64,000 nucleotides of DNA, taken from assembly GCF_022565775.1 (NCBI RefSeq), contig NZ_JAIUMC010000005.1, positions 2,878-66,877 of the forward strand. The letters are read 5' to 3'. This DNA comes from Natronospirillum sp. (GTDB taxonomy: Bacteria; Pseudomonadota; Gammaproteobacteria; Pseudomonadales; Natronospirillaceae). Under the pieces are notes generated by a model. It did no database searches. It saw nothing but the letters and a program-made list of their open reading frames with translations, and was not told the DNA's origin. Position numbers and translations under genes: made by a program. Below, piece by piece: positions 1 to 10,699 of this stretch. The first letter of the stretch is position 1, and the number at the start of each line of letters is the position of its first letter.

Positions 1-45
1 GGACGATTGACCCAGCGAGTCTTTGCCGGACAGGAGACGTTATGA
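1..45 (+). CDS. hutI: 3' end of upstream gene, probably imidazolonepropionase (partial)
   Basis: Frame 1 reads GRLTQRVFAGQETL*. Its TGA overlaps the hutG ATG (ATGA at 42-45). HutI is the hut enzyme otherwise missing from the window. Confidence 0.55.
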   Translation, partial: GRLTQRVFAGQETL

Positions 46-995
46 CAATCGATCAGACACCCGACATGACCGTCTGGACTGGCCGCATGGACCAGCAGCC
101 CGACAGTGAGCGCTGGCACCAGCAAGTCAAACCCTGGCAGCACAATGCCAGCCCCGGCTTTGCACTGCTCGGATTTGCCAGTGACGAGGGTGTGCGCCGC
201 AATCAGGGCCGCATCGGCGCTGCCGCTGGCCCCGCTGCAATTCGCCGGGCATTGGCCTCGCTGGCCGTCCATGACAGCAGGCCGCTGTATGATGCGGGCG
301 ATGTGGTCTGCGCCAACGGTGACCTGCCCGGCGCCCACGAACGGCTGGCCAGCAGCGTGGCCCAGTTGCTGGATTCAGGCCAGAAACCCATGGTCATGGG
401 CGGCGGCCACGAAATCGCCTTCGGCACCTGGTCCGGCCTGGCCCGGCATCTAGGTTCCAATACCGACCGAACGCCGCGCATCGGCATCATCAACTTCGAT
501 GCCCATTTTGATCTGCGTCCGCTCAGTGAAGCCCCCTCTTCCGGCACCCCGTTCAGCCAGATTGCCGAACAGTGCCGGCAGCGAGGCTGGCCCTTTCACT
601 ATGCCTGTCTGGGCGTCAGCCGGGCCGCCAACACCCGGGCCCTTTTCAACAGGGCTGACGAGCTGGGTGTGGTCTACCGAGAAGACCAGACCATGACGCA
701 GAGCACTCTGCCCGAACTGCACAGCCTGCTGGATGACTTCATGGCCGACTGTGACGCCCTCTACCTGACCCTGTGCCTGGATGTTTTCCCGGCGGCTCAG
801 GTCCCGGGCGTCAGCGCCCCGGCGGCACGCGGCGTCGCGCTGGACCTCATCGAACCCCTGCTGAGGCAGATCGCCCGCAGCGGCTGCCTCGCAGCCGCCG
901 ATATTGCCGAACTCAATCCGGATTACGACATAGATCAGCGCTCGGCCCGCGTGGCGGCGCGCTGTCTGCATACCCTCAAACAGGAATGGGCCTGA
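42..995 (+). CDS. hutG: Formimidoylglutamase (arginase family)
   Basis: GGGHEIAFG, NFDAHFDLR, CLDV and ELNP arginase-fold motifs; lies directly before hutU/hutH. Confidence 0.95.
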   Translation: MTIDQTPDMTVWTGRMDQQPDSERWHQQVKPWQHNASPGFALLGFASDEGVRRNQGRIGAAAGPAAIRRALASLAVHDSRPLYDAGDVVCANGDLPGAHERLASSVAQLLDSGQKPMVMGGGHEIAFGTWSGLARHLGSNTDRTPRIGIINFDAHFDLRPLSEAPSSGTPFSQIAEQCRQRGWPFHYACLGVSRAANTRALFNRADELGVVYREDQTMTQSTLPELHSLLDDFMADCDALYLTLCLDVFPAAQVPGVSAPAARGVALDLIEPLLRQIARSGCLAAADIAELNPDYDIDQRSARVAARCLHTLKQEWA

Positions 996-1036
996 TACCG
1001 GGCGCCCATCACAGCCTATAGAACGGGAGACTATCC

Positions 1037-2719
1037 ATGAACACGACACAGAATCGCCACGACCCCAGCCGCCAGATCGCAGCGCCCACAGGTACCGAAA
1101 AAAGTTGCAAGAGCTGGCTGACTGAAGCCCCGCTGCGCATGCTGATGAACAATCTGCACCCGGACGTGGCCGAGCGTCCGGAAGATCTGGTGGTGTATGG
1201 GGGCATTGGTCGCGCCGCGCGCGACTGGGCCTGCTACGACAAGATCGTCGAAACCCTGCAGCGCCTTGAGGACCATCAGACCTTGCTCATCCAGTCCGGC
1301 AAGCCGGTCGGTGTGTTCGAAACTCATGCCGACGCGCCCCGGGTCTTGATTGCCAATTCCAATCTGGTGCCGCACTGGGCCAATTGGGAACACTTCAACG
1401 AGCTGGATAAGAAAGGCCTGATGATGTACGGCCAGATGACGGCCGGCTCCTGGATCTATATTGGCTCGCAGGGCATTGTGCAGGGCACTTACGAGACTTT
1501 TGTCGAGGCCGGGCGCCAGCACTATGACGGCGAGCTCAAGGGGCGCTGGATTCTGACCGCCGGCCTCGGCGGCATGGGTGGTGCCCAGCCGCTGGCGGCA
1601 AGTCTGGCCGGGGCCTGCTCGCTGAACATCGAGTGCCAGCAGTCGCGTATCGACTTCCGTCTGCGCACCCGCTACCTGGATGAACAGGCTGATGACCTGG
1701 ACGATGCATTGGCCCGCATTGAGCACTACGCGCGGGCCGGCGAAGCCAAATCCATCGGTCTGTGTGCCAATGCGGCCGAAGTACTGCCGGAACTGGTCAA
1801 GCGCGGTGTGCGCCCGGACATGGTAACCGACCAGACCAGTGCCCATGACCCGCTGCACGGCTATCTGCCCGCTGGCTGGACCTGGGAAGACTACCAGCGG
1901 CGTGCCGAATCCGAACCCGAGGTGGTCAACCGCGCCGCGCGCCAGTCCATGGCCGTGCATGTGCAGGCCATGCTCGACTTCCAGCAGGCCGGCATCCCCA
2001 CCTTCGACTATGGCAACAATATCCGCCAGATGGCGCTGGAGGAAGGCGTCGACAATGCGTTCGACTTTCCCGGCTTTGTACCTGCCTATATCCGGCCGCT
2101 GTTCTGTCAGGGCATCGGGCCCTTCCGCTGGGCGGCCCTGTCCGGCGACCCGGAAGACATCTACAAGACAGACCAGAAAGTGAAGGAACTGATCCCGGAC
2201 GACCCCCACCTGCACAACTGGCTGGACATGGCCCGCGAGCGCATCAGCTTCCAGGGTCTGCCAGCGCGCATCTGCTGGGTCGGCCTGAAAGACCGGGCGC
2301 GACTCGGCCAGGCCTTCAACGAGATGGTGAAGAACGGCGAACTGAAGGCCCCGGTGGTCATCGGCCGCGATCATCTGGACAGCGGTTCGGTAGCCAGCCC
2401 CAACCGTGAAACCGAAAGCATGCAGGACGGCTCGGATGCGGTATCCGACTGGCCCCTGCTCAATGCCCTGCTCAACACGGCCGGCGGCGCCACCTGGGTA
2501 TCACTGCATCATGGTGGCGGCGTTGGCATGGGCTATTCTCAGCATGCGGGCGTGGTGATTGTCTGCGACGGCACAGAAGCGGCGCACCAGCGTGTGGGCC
2601 GAGTACTGCGCAATGACCCGGCCACCGGTGTCATGCGCCATGCCGATGCGGGGTATGATATCGCCATAGACTGCGCGCGGGAAAACGGACTGGACCTGCC
2701 CATGCTCAACCAACAGTGA
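1037..2719 (+). CDS. hutU: Urocanate hydratase
   Basis: [43 protein letters not shown] and HHGGGVGMG signatures; 560 aa. Confidence 0.98.
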   Translation: MNTTQNRHDPSRQIAAPTGTEKSCKSWLTEAPLRMLMNNLHPDVAERPEDLVVYGGIGRAARDWACYDKIVETLQRLEDHQTLLIQSGKPVGVFETHADAPRVLIANSNLVPHWANWEHFNELDKKGLMMYGQMTAGSWIYIGSQGIVQGTYETFVEAGRQHYDGELKGRWILTAGLGGMGGAQPLAASLAGACSLNIECQQSRIDFRLRTRYLDEQADDLDDALARIEHYARAGEAKSIGLCANAAEVLPELVKRGVRPDMVTDQTSAHDPLHGYLPAGWTWEDYQRRAESEPEVVNRAARQSMAVHVQAMLDFQQAGIPTFDYGNNIRQMALEEGVDNAFDFPGFVPAYIRPLFCQGIGPFRWAALSGDPEDIYKTDQKVKELIPDDPHLHNWLDMARERISFQGLPARICWVGLKDRARLGQAFNEMVKNGELKAPVVIGRDHLDSGSVASPNRETESMQDGSDAVSDWPLLNALLNTAGGATWVSLHHGGGVGMGYSQHAGVVIVCDGTEAAHQRVGRVLRNDPATGVMRHADAGYDIAIDCARENGLDLPMLNQQ

Positions 2720-2727
2720 GGACCCAC

Positions 2728-4260
2728 ATGGACACTCTGACACTGCAACCCGGCGCCATGACACTGGCTGACTGGCGCCGCATCTACACCAACCCCATAC
2801 AGCTTGCACTGCCGGACAGTACGCAAGCCGACATGGACGCTTCGGTGGCCTGCGTCAATCGTGTGGTCGCCGAGGAGCGCAGGGTCTATGGCATCAATAC
2901 CGGCTTTGGTCTGCTGGCCCAGACCCGGATAGAGCCTGGCGAGCTGGAGCACCTGCAGCAAGCATTGGTGCTGTCACACGCCGCCGGTGTCGGTGAGGCG
3001 CTGGACGACGCTATGGTGCGCCTGATCATGGCGCTGAAAATAAACAGCCTCGCCCGGGGGCATTCCGGCATTCGACCCGAGGTAGTGGAGGCGCTGGTCA
3101 GACTGGTCAATGCTGGTGTCAGCCCGCGCATTCCGGCTCGTGGCTCCTGCGGTGCCTCAGGCGATCTGGCCCCGCTGGCACACATGAGCCTGATCCTGCT
3201 GGGTGAAGGCCAGGCGCGCTGGCAGGGCCAATGGCTGGAAGCAACGGAAGCACTGGCCAAGGCCGGCCTCGAGCCCTTGCGTCTGGCCCCCAAGGAAGGC
3301 CTGGCGCTGCTTAACGGCACCCAGGTCTCCACCGCCTATGCGCTGCGCGGCCTGTTCGATGCCGAAGATCTCTATGCCGCCGCGACCGTCTGCGGGGCGC
3401 TGACCGTCGAGGCCACACTGAGTTCACGCACGCCTTTTGATCCGCGCATTCATGCCGTGCGGGGTCAGCCCGGCCAGATTGATGCGGCGGAGGCCTATCG
3501 TCACCTGCTCGGTGACGACAGCGCCATCAGTCGCTCGCACGCCCACTGTGACAAGGTGCAGGACCCCTATTCGCTGCGCTGCCAGCCCCAGGTGATGGGC
3601 GCCTGCCTGACCCAGTTGCGCCAGGCCGCTGAAGTGCTGGCTATTGAGGCCAATGCCGTCACGGACAATCCACTGGTGTTTGCCGATGACGACGAGATTC
3701 TGTCCGGCGGCAACTTCCACGCCGAGCCGGTGGCCATGGCGGCCGATAATCTGGCCCTGGCGCTGGCCGAAATCGGCAGTCTGACGGAGCGGCGCATCTC
3801 GCTGATGATGGACACGCACATGTCCCAGTTGCCGCCTTTTCTGGTCGAGAACGGTGGCGTGAACTCCGGCTTCATGATCGCCCAGGTCACTGCGGCCGCG
3901 CTGGCCAGCGACAACAAGGCCCTGTCTCATCCCGCGTCGGTGGACAGCCTGCCCACATCCGCCAATCAGGAGGACCATGTGTCCATGGCACCCAATGCCG
4001 GCATCCGCCTGTGGCAGATGGCCGACAATGTGCGTCATATCATTGCCATTGAATGGCTGGCCGCCTGTCAGGGGCTGGATTTCAGAAACGGCCTGCAGAC
4101 CACGGAAGCCCTGGAGCAGGCGCGCTGCTGGCTGCGCGAAGAAGTGCCCTATTACGCCGAGGATCGTTTCTTTGCCCCCGATATCGAGGCCGCTGACCGA
4201 TTGCTGCGCCAGCGTCGGATAAACAGTCTGCTGCCCTCGGGCCTGCTGCCGGGCCTGTAG
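2728..4260 (+). CDS. hutH: Histidine ammonia-lyase
   Basis: [17 protein letters not shown] (MIO-forming ASG) and [12 protein letters not shown] motifs. Start set at ATG 2728 after GAGGA. Confidence 0.97.
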   Translation: MDTLTLQPGAMTLADWRRIYTNPIQLALPDSTQADMDASVACVNRVVAEERRVYGINTGFGLLAQTRIEPGELEHLQQALVLSHAAGVGEALDDAMVRLIMALKINSLARGHSGIRPEVVEALVRLVNAGVSPRIPARGSCGASGDLAPLAHMSLILLGEGQARWQGQWLEATEALAKAGLEPLRLAPKEGLALLNGTQVSTAYALRGLFDAEDLYAAATVCGALTVEATLSSRTPFDPRIHAVRGQPGQIDAAEAYRHLLGDDSAISRSHAHCDKVQDPYSLRCQPQVMGACLTQLRQAAEVLAIEANAVTDNPLVFADDDEILSGGNFHAEPVAMAADNLALALAEIGSLTERRISLMMDTHMSQLPPFLVENGGVNSGFMIAQVTAAALASDNKALSHPASVDSLPTSANQEDHVSMAPNAGIRLWQMADNVRHIIAIEWLAACQGLDFRNGLQTTEALEQARCWLREEVPYYAEDRFFAPDIEAADRLLRQRRINSLLPSGLLPGL

Positions 4261-4278
4261 CGCACTCTGTTCGCGGCG

Positions 4279-5565
4279 TCAGACTTGCTCGGCATCCGCC
4301 CAGACAATGGTGTTTCGACCTGTCTGTTTGGCCTGATACAGCCGACGATCTGCGGCAGCCAGCAGATCGTCCTGGCCGCCCTTTGCGCTCCCCGGGACTG
4401 CGCTGGCCACGCCCATGCTGACCGTCACATAGTCATTGATGTCGGAGTACTCGTGGATGATGGCCAGGGCTCTGATTGCCGCCTGAATATTGCGCGCCAC
4501 GGCCAGGGCGCCCTCCATATCGGTGTGCGGCAGCACGCAGACAAACTCTTCGCCTCCGTAACGAGCAACCAGATCCGTGGACCGCGGCAGGGCCCTGGAC
4601 AGCGCACGACTGACTTCACGCAGACAATCGTCACCCACGGCGTGACCATAGTTGTCGTTAAAGGCTTTGAAATAATCGATATCAATGAAGATGGCGGCCA
4701 GGTCAGCAGAAGACCGTCTGCCCTCCAGCCAGTGACGCTCCAGAAATTCATCAAAACGGCGCCGGTTGGCAATGCCGGTGAGGCCGTCGATCGTTGAAAT
4801 CTGATGCAGCTCGTCGCGTTGGTCCAGACCGGTCTGAAAAGCAGACAGCAGCTCATGGAGCGCCTTGACCAGCATGCCCAGCTCATCCCTCTGATGGCTG
4901 GGCAGATCCGGTCTTGGCCACTCGCCGGGTTGCTGTGGGTCAGCGGCCAGAATGGCTGCATAGATCTTCAGCAAAGGCCGAGTGATCAGTATATGAAAAC
5001 CGGCCACGACCAGTGCCGCAATGACAAACGCCTTGAGCATGCCGAGGGCGAAAGCCCGGGTGCTGCGCGCCAGGAAGTCCTGACCGATCACATACAGCGA
5101 CAAGTCGACTTCCAGCTCTCCCACCGGCTCAGCAGAGCCAGCGCCAACCATGTGGTGTTCCAGGCTAATGCGGTAGTCGGTGATGTCGCCAAACAACCAG
5201 GTGGCCAGACGCCCCGGGTTCCCGTCCTGAGTGACCTCGTCAGAGGCCATAATCCGCCCGAAGTCATCTCTCAATACAGCGCGTCTGACAATCTCGCCGA
5301 CGAACAGCCCGCTGATCACCTGCTCCGCCAGCTCGGTATTCAGTTGAAAGGCGGCCTCAGCAGCGGTGCCGCCGGCCACCTGCATAAGCTGGTCAGTCTG
5401 CTGCTGAACCTCGGCTCGCGTCAACCTCGCGTCCTGTGCCAGCTCGATCCCTCCGCCAATGATGCTGATGAGCAGCGCCACGATAAAGGTAAGAACGGCC
5501 TGCCGGGTGGTGATGCTGCGCCATCGTGAAACCCGGTGACGATGCTGCGCTGACCGCTGCTTCAT
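4279..5565 (-). CDS. Membrane diguanylate cyclase (2 TM, periplasmic domain, HAMP, GGDEF)
   Basis: Two hydrophobic segments, HAMP-like RDELGML, DGLTGIANRR, IDIDYFKAFNDNYGH, RYGGEEF active site, and RSTD I-site five residues upstream. Confidence 0.92.
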   Translation of the reverse strand: MKQRSAQHRHRVSRWRSITTRQAVLTFIVALLISIIGGGIELAQDARLTRAEVQQQTDQLMQVAGGTAAEAAFQLNTELAEQVISGLFVGEIVRRAVLRDDFGRIMASDEVTQDGNPGRLATWLFGDITDYRISLEHHMVGAGSAEPVGELEVDLSLYVIGQDFLARSTRAFALGMLKAFVIAALVVAGFHILITRPLLKIYAAILAADPQQPGEWPRPDLPSHQRDELGMLVKALHELLSAFQTGLDQRDELHQISTIDGLTGIANRRRFDEFLERHWLEGRRSSADLAAIFIDIDYFKAFNDNYGHAVGDDCLREVSRALSRALPRSTDLVARYGGEEFVCVLPHTDMEGALAVARNIQAAIRALAIIHEYSDINDYVTVSMGVASAVPGSAKGGQDDLLAAADRRLYQAKQTGRNTIVWADAEQV

Positions 5566-6317
5566 CTGCCTGGCACCGGCGCTATCTCCCCGGCTGCCCG
5601 AAGTTCATCAAGCAAGGCCTGCATGGTGTCCACCACCTCGTGATCCGTATCCCGATTGATGGCGAAATAGAGGTGGGCTTCACTCAGTGTATACACCGAT
5701 TCGAACTGATCAGGGTCCACGCCCTGCTCAGCCATCAGCCAGCGGGCGACATCTTCACCATAAGCCCAGAGGTCCACTCGCCCGGCCTCCAGCATGCTCA
5801 GCGCACTGGTATTGCTGATGGCGGTGCGCAATAGGTCAGCGTCAACGCCGGCCTCCAGCAAGCGCTGGGCGCCAATATCTTCTCGAATCACGGCTATCCG
5901 GTAGTCCGAATCATTCAGGCTGGAAATGCTGTCAATCCGGATGCCTGCATCACGAGGCGCGATCAGTGTCACGCGATCCAGTGCCAACGGGCCCACCCAG
6001 TGAAACAGGTCTTCCCGCGCCGGTGTCCGGGTCGTGGAAAAAAGCACCGTATCGGGCTCACTGAGCACTGTTTCATAACCCCTGGCCCAAGGCCATATCC
6101 GCACATCTTGCAGCGATTGGGCACTTCCCGCAGCGTCCAGAATGGTTGCCAGAACCTCGATCGAGTACCCCTGCAACTGGCCGTGCCGCTCAAAGTTGTA
6201 AGGCGGGTATTCCTCGGTAATAAAGGTCAGCCGGTCAAGCTCGGTGGCGTACGCCACCGAACAGACCGCAGCCACCAGCAACCACAACCGCGCCCACAGA
6301 ACTGAAAACTTCTGCAT
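5562..6317 (-). CDS. Periplasmic substrate-binding protein (family 3-like)
   Basis: Signal peptide, TEEYPPYNF, PWARGY, GRVDLW and LYFAIN motifs. Its stop overlaps the DGC start (ATGA). Confidence 0.85.
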   Translation of the reverse strand: MQKFSVLWARLWLLVAAVCSVAYATELDRLTFITEEYPPYNFERHGQLQGYSIEVLATILDAAGSAQSLQDVRIWPWARGYETVLSEPDTVLFSTTRTPAREDLFHWVGPLALDRVTLIAPRDAGIRIDSISSLNDSDYRIAVIREDIGAQRLLEAGVDADLLRTAISNTSALSMLEAGRVDLWAYGEDVARWLMAEQGVDPDQFESVYTLSEAHLYFAINRDTDHEVVDTMQALLDELRAAGEIAPVPGR

Positions 6318-6345
6318 CTAGGGGTCCCGAAGCGTTATTATTGAC

Positions 6346-6369
6346 AGTGGCGGCACTCCGGCCGCCACT
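6346..6369. repeat. Perfect 9-bp inverted repeat (hairpin) in intergenic DNA
   Basis: AGTGGCGGC-actccg-GCCGCCACT. No U-tract on the transcribed (minus) strand. Confidence 0.45.
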
Positions 6370-6431
6370 CTATCTCTGAATTTGAACTGCACTCAGTATA
6401 GTCCACCCCTTTGGGTGCCGCTAATTCGCTG

Positions 6432-7427
6432 TCACTGCAATACGCCGCGCGCCAGATGCTGGGCAAACCGGGACTGATCAGTGTTCGCACCACACAGGAC
6501 AATGCCGACCCGACTGCCCGCCAGACGCTCGTGCAGCGGGCCCAGCAAGGCCGCCGTTCCGGCAGCGGTGGCCGGCTCGGTTACCAGCTTCATGTCACGA
6601 AACAGATGTACCATGGCCCGACTCAGGTCATCGTCAGTGACCCGGACCACTTCATCGACAAAGCGCTGGCACACAGCAAAGCTGTAGGGCATGGCCATGG
6701 GAGCGCCGAGGCTGTCTGCAATCGTGTCCACTCGTTCCAGCCTTTCCGGCTGGCCGGACTGAAAGCTTCGATACATGGAATCTGCTCCATAGGGCTCTAC
6801 CCCATAGATGCGACACCCCGGTCTGAGCTGCTTGATGGCCGCAGCGACGCCGGCGCAGAGACCACCACCCCCAACCGGCACGATGACCGCATCCAGGTCG
6901 GGCATCTGCTGCACCATTTCCAGGCCCACGGTGCCAGTCCCCTCTGCAGTACGCGCACCTTCGAAAGGATGGATCAGCGTTCTGCCCTCGTCAGACTCTA
7001 TTTCCTGACACCGGGTAAATGCGGTGTGCACGTCAGGCACCAGCTCAACTTCAGCGCCCAGTTCGCGGCAGGTCTCGATGCGTGCCGGGTTGGCATAGTC
7101 GGGCATCACCACGCGCGCACTGACGCCTTCAAGCGCTGCGGCATAGGCCAGGGCTATGGCATGATTGCCGGCACTGACCGTGACCACACCCCGCTGTCGG
7201 GCAGCGTCCGGCAGCGCATCCATATTGTTCAGCGCCCCACGTACCTTGAATGTACCGGTTCTCTGAAACAGCTCCAGCTTGAGCCAGATTTCAGTATGCC
7301 TGGGCAAGGTTTCGGCAATGCCGGTCTGCCATTGCCAGACGGGTGTCTCCAGCACTCGCCCATGCAATCTTTCGGCAGTCGCCCGGATGGCCGTCAGCGT
7401 GGGAAATTCGTTTTCAGACTGCGTCAT
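6432..7427 (-). CDS. PLP-dependent threonine/serine dehydratase (catabolic type, no ACT domain)
   Basis: LKLELFQRTGTFKVRG (PLP lysine), SAGNHA and VPVGGGGL. Start set at ATG 7427 after GAGGA. Confidence 0.9.
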   Translation of the reverse strand: MTQSENEFPTLTAIRATAERLHGRVLETPVWQWQTGIAETLPRHTEIWLKLELFQRTGTFKVRGALNNMDALPDAARQRGVVTVSAGNHAIALAYAAALEGVSARVVMPDYANPARIETCRELGAEVELVPDVHTAFTRCQEIESDEGRTLIHPFEGARTAEGTGTVGLEMVQQMPDLDAVIVPVGGGGLCAGVAAAIKQLRPGCRIYGVEPYGADSMYRSFQSGQPERLERVDTIADSLGAPMAMPYSFAVCQRFVDEVVRVTDDDLSRAMVHLFRDMKLVTEPATAAGTAALLGPLHERLAGSRVGIVLCGANTDQSRFAQHLARGVLQ

Positions 7428-7674
7428 GTTGTCTTCCTCAATTGTTCTGTTCATGGTAGCCAAATTCTGTAACGAAATCAGACGCACAGAGTGATTGCTC
7501 GCGACTGGACAGGGCCATCATCTTCCCGGCACAGAACTTTTTCCGGTTGCGGGGTTCACAAAACGCAACAATCCGCCACAATGGGGCCTCATCAAAGCAG
7601 GGTGCACTGTTCCTGCGGCGAGACAGGTTGTCGTGAGGTGACCATCAATACAGAGCAATGCAAGGATCTGGTTC

Positions 7675-8394
7675 GTGTTTCTTGACCCCTATTTCACCAG
7701 AGATGGTGAGCAGATCATCATCAGTGCCGCCCAGGGCAGCGCTTTCGCCAAGCAAATTGCCGGTGATTTCAATCCGATTCATGATCCGGACAACCGCCGC
7801 TTCTGTGTGCCCGGAGACCTGCTGTTCTCGCTGGCCCTGAACCGGTACGGGCTCAGCCGCAGCATGGCGGTCCACTTTGCCGGCATGGTAGATGCAGACC
7901 AGCCTGTGGTTTTTCCGGACAGTGAGACCGCGGAGCAGCAGGCCATCGAAGTCAGGGATCAGCGCGACAAGATGATCATGCACATTGATCACAGTGGCGA
8001 GACCTTGCACAACCCAGCCCTTCTAGAATCCTTCACGCGCGAGTACGTGAAATTCTCCGGCCAGAACTTCCCCTACATTCTGGTTCCCCTGTTGCGTGAG
8101 CACAATGTGATGTTCAACCCTAAGCGGCCCTTTGTTATCTACGAACGCATGTCTTTCGAGCTGAACACTATCGACCTGGCGGAGCCGCACCTGGAGCTGG
8201 CTGATCGCACCCTGACAGTGAACGGGCGCCGCGGTGATACCCAGTTTCTGTTCCGGGTGCTCGATGGCGACAAGGAAGTTGGCCGGGGGGCCAAAACACT
8301 GATTGTCAGCGGCCTGCAGCCGTATGACGAAGAGCAGATGCAGGTGGTGGTCACCAATTTCAATGCCGCCAAAGCCGCCTATCAGGAAGGCTGA
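7675..8394 (+). CDS. Conserved hypothetical protein (DUF3581-like)
   Basis: FAKQIAGDFNPIHDPDNRRFCVPGDLLF N-terminus recalled for DUF3581; GTG start after AAGGA. Confidence 0.7.
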   Translation: MFLDPYFTRDGEQIIISAAQGSAFAKQIAGDFNPIHDPDNRRFCVPGDLLFSLALNRYGLSRSMAVHFAGMVDADQPVVFPDSETAEQQAIEVRDQRDKMIMHIDHSGETLHNPALLESFTREYVKFSGQNFPYILVPLLREHNVMFNPKRPFVIYERMSFELNTIDLAEPHLELADRTLTVNGRRGDTQFLFRVLDGDKEVGRGAKTLIVSGLQPYDEEQMQVVVTNFNAAKAAYQEG

Positions 8395-8426
8395 CGGACA
8401 CGTCTGGCAGTCTTCAGCCTAGTGGC

Positions 8427-9677
8427 TCAGAACCGTGAAGAATTAACCACTCGGGACACTAGGTGCAGGGCGGTACTGACCCTGGCCAGGGTCAGTGACT
8501 GGCCGCACGCCAGGTGACGAGGCTCCTGAACCGGTGGCAGGAAAACAATACTGCCCTGCTCGAGATTCAACGAGCCAAGGCGCCCCATGCCAGACAGCAC
8601 CAGCAGCAGCTCGGGCCCTGACGCCTTGTTCAGCGTGGCCTTTGCCTGCGCCTCCAACTGCAGTATCTGCAGCTGGAAGTCCCGGCAGGGCACCGGATAG
8701 TCCGTCACGGTCAAGCCTTCAGACTCCGTGATGCGGCCCTGCATCACCTGTGTTGTATCAGGTTCAAATCGCGTAATCGCCAGCAGCTCTTCCCGGTCCA
8801 TGTGCTTGCGGGTCAAGCCACCACGCAGCACATTGTCCGAGTTCGCCATCACCTCCAGGCCCGTGCCTTCCAGATAGGCATGCGGTACGCCACTGCCCAG
8901 ATAGAGCGCCTCGCCGGGGTGCAGTTGGTGGACATGCAGCAGCAGCGGTGCAACTACCCCCATATTCTCTCCAAACTGGTCATGCAGTCGGGCCACCACC
9001 GAGTAGGGTTCGTCAGGGGGCAGATCGCTCATCAGATCGCGCAGAATCAAGGTCCTGACGTCTTCTTCCTGCGCCAGACACCAGGCGAACAAAGCTTCCA
9101 GAGCAACCAGACCCCGTTCACGCAAAGGCCGAGCCCAGGCCCTGAGGGCTCGGCTTCCCGACAACTCCAGCAAGCCGGCAACCTCTGCCGGGGCTCGAAA
9201 TCCGGCCATGGCAGTGAACGGTGTCAGGGCTACCAGCAACTCGGGTTTGTGATTGTCATCCCGATAATTGCGTTGCCCGGCATCCATAGACAACCCCAGA
9301 GCATTGTCATGGCGGAAGCCGGCTTCGGCCTGCACCTTGCTCGGGTGCACCTGAATGGACAGGGCCCGGGCGGCACTCAGCACCTTGAACAGATAGGGCA
9401 GTCGGCCCTGGAACAACTGATGGTCGGAGCCCAGCATGGTTTGCGGGTGCTGCTCTATCAGGGCGCACAGATCAGCGCAGCCGCTGACCGGCTGCTGCAG
9501 GGGTGTTGGCAGGCCGGGATGAGCGCCCATCCACAACTCCGCCAGTGGTTCATTGCCACCCGGGTGCGGCAGGTCCAGCAGCTTGATGATCTGATCTCGC
9601 GTTCCCCAGTCATAGCGTTGATAGACCGGACTGAGCGGCAGCCCTGATGCGACAATATCCTGAATGTTCTGCGTCAT
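8427..9677 (-). CDS. manA: Mannose-6-phosphate isomerase, class I
   Basis: YDWG, AELWMGAHP, LSIQVHP, DDNHKPEL, PHAYLEG and EVMANSDNVLRGGLT motifs. Confidence 0.95.
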   Translation of the reverse strand: MTQNIQDIVASGLPLSPVYQRYDWGTRDQIIKLLDLPHPGGNEPLAELWMGAHPGLPTPLQQPVSGCADLCALIEQHPQTMLGSDHQLFQGRLPYLFKVLSAARALSIQVHPSKVQAEAGFRHDNALGLSMDAGQRNYRDDNHKPELLVALTPFTAMAGFRAPAEVAGLLELSGSRALRAWARPLRERGLVALEALFAWCLAQEEDVRTLILRDLMSDLPPDEPYSVVARLHDQFGENMGVVAPLLLHVHQLHPGEALYLGSGVPHAYLEGTGLEVMANSDNVLRGGLTRKHMDREELLAITRFEPDTTQVMQGRITESEGLTVTDYPVPCRDFQLQILQLEAQAKATLNKASGPELLLVLSGMGRLGSLNLEQGSIVFLPPVQEPRHLACGQSLTLARVSTALHLVSRVVNSSRF

Positions 9678-9728
9678 GTCCTGCCACCTGCACGCTTTTC
9701 GAGCTGTTGTTGCCCAGTATATCCTGAA

Positions 9729-10616
9729 TCAACCCCGACGCGGGCGACGCTGGCTGATGGCGATACCGAGCAGTATGGCTACCAGGGCAATCAGCCGGTC
9801 AGCCGAAGCGGACTCACTGAGCAACCCGACACCGGCGACAAACGCAATCACCGGGATAATATAATTGATCATCGACAGAAAACTGGGCCCCTGGCGCTGC
9901 ACAATCGTGAAGTAGACCCAGTTTGCCAGGCCGGATGAAAACACACCCAGCATGACCACGGCCATTACAGGCTGCCAGCGAAAATCCAGCGTCCATGGCT
10001 GATCCACGAGCAGCGCCACTGGCCAGAGCATCACGCTGCCGGCAATCAGGGTACCCGTACCGGCCACCAGTACCGAAATGGCGGGCAAGCGCTTGGTATA
10101 GATACTGGTCACGGCGTAGAACACTGTCGCCACAATGACCGCCAGTTGGGCCCAGAAGGCATCGCCTCCCAAACCGGACAGCGCCTCGGTGCCCACCAGC
10201 ACCAGAACACCTACAAAGCCCAGGGTAAAGCCGATGATCTTGCGCGGAGTCATGGGCTCGGTGGCGATGAAGAAGTGCGCCAGAATCATCACGTTGATGG
10301 GCATCAGGGCCATCAATATGCCCGCCAGACTGCTGGAAATATAAAGTTCACCCCAGGAGATCAGCGTGAACGGTATCACATTGCCCAGCAGGGCAAGCAC
10401 CGCGAAACGCCCCCACCAGGCGATGTCGCGCGGCAAGGTCAACCTCAGTGCCACCATGATTGCAAACAGCGTCACGGCACCCAGAGTGAGACGCGAGGCC
10501 ACCAGCGTCAGCGGCGGAAATGACGGCAGCGCCAAAGCAATCAGCATGAACGCCAGCCCCCAGGCCAGCGAGAGATACAGAAGCAGGGCCCAGTCAACAG
10601 GCGTACGAGAGTTCAA
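9729..10616 (-). CDS. EamA/DMT family transporter
   Basis: About 10 hydrophobic helices in a duplicated EamA pattern; 295 aa; TTG start uncertain. Confidence 0.88.
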   Translation of the reverse strand: MNSRTPVDWALLLYLSLAWGLAFMLIALALPSFPPLTLVASRLTLGAVTLFAIMVALRLTLPRDIAWWGRFAVLALLGNVIPFTLISWGELYISSSLAGILMALMPINVMILAHFFIATEPMTPRKIIGFTLGFVGVLVLVGTEALSGLGGDAFWAQLAVIVATVFYAVTSIYTKRLPAISVLVAGTGTLIAGSVMLWPVALLVDQPWTLDFRWQPVMAVVMLGVFSSGLANWVYFTIVQRQGPSFLSMINYIIPVIAFVAGVGLLSESASADRLIALVAILLGIAISQRRPRRG

Positions 10617-10699
10617 CAGCGGCGTCTATGATCGATCATCCAGTGGACGCCGAAGTGTAGTTCATCGCCGGCACTTCGTCAGCTGCAGGAACGACGCCC

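Noticed and set aside
8755-8780. GGTTCAAATC resembling a tRNA T-loop
   Set aside because: It lies inside manA and has no cloverleaf or acceptor stem.
10628-10639. 12-bp perfect palindrome ATGATCGATCAT before the EamA gene
   Set aside because: Palindromes with 6-bp arms are expected many times by chance in 64 kb; no supporting context.
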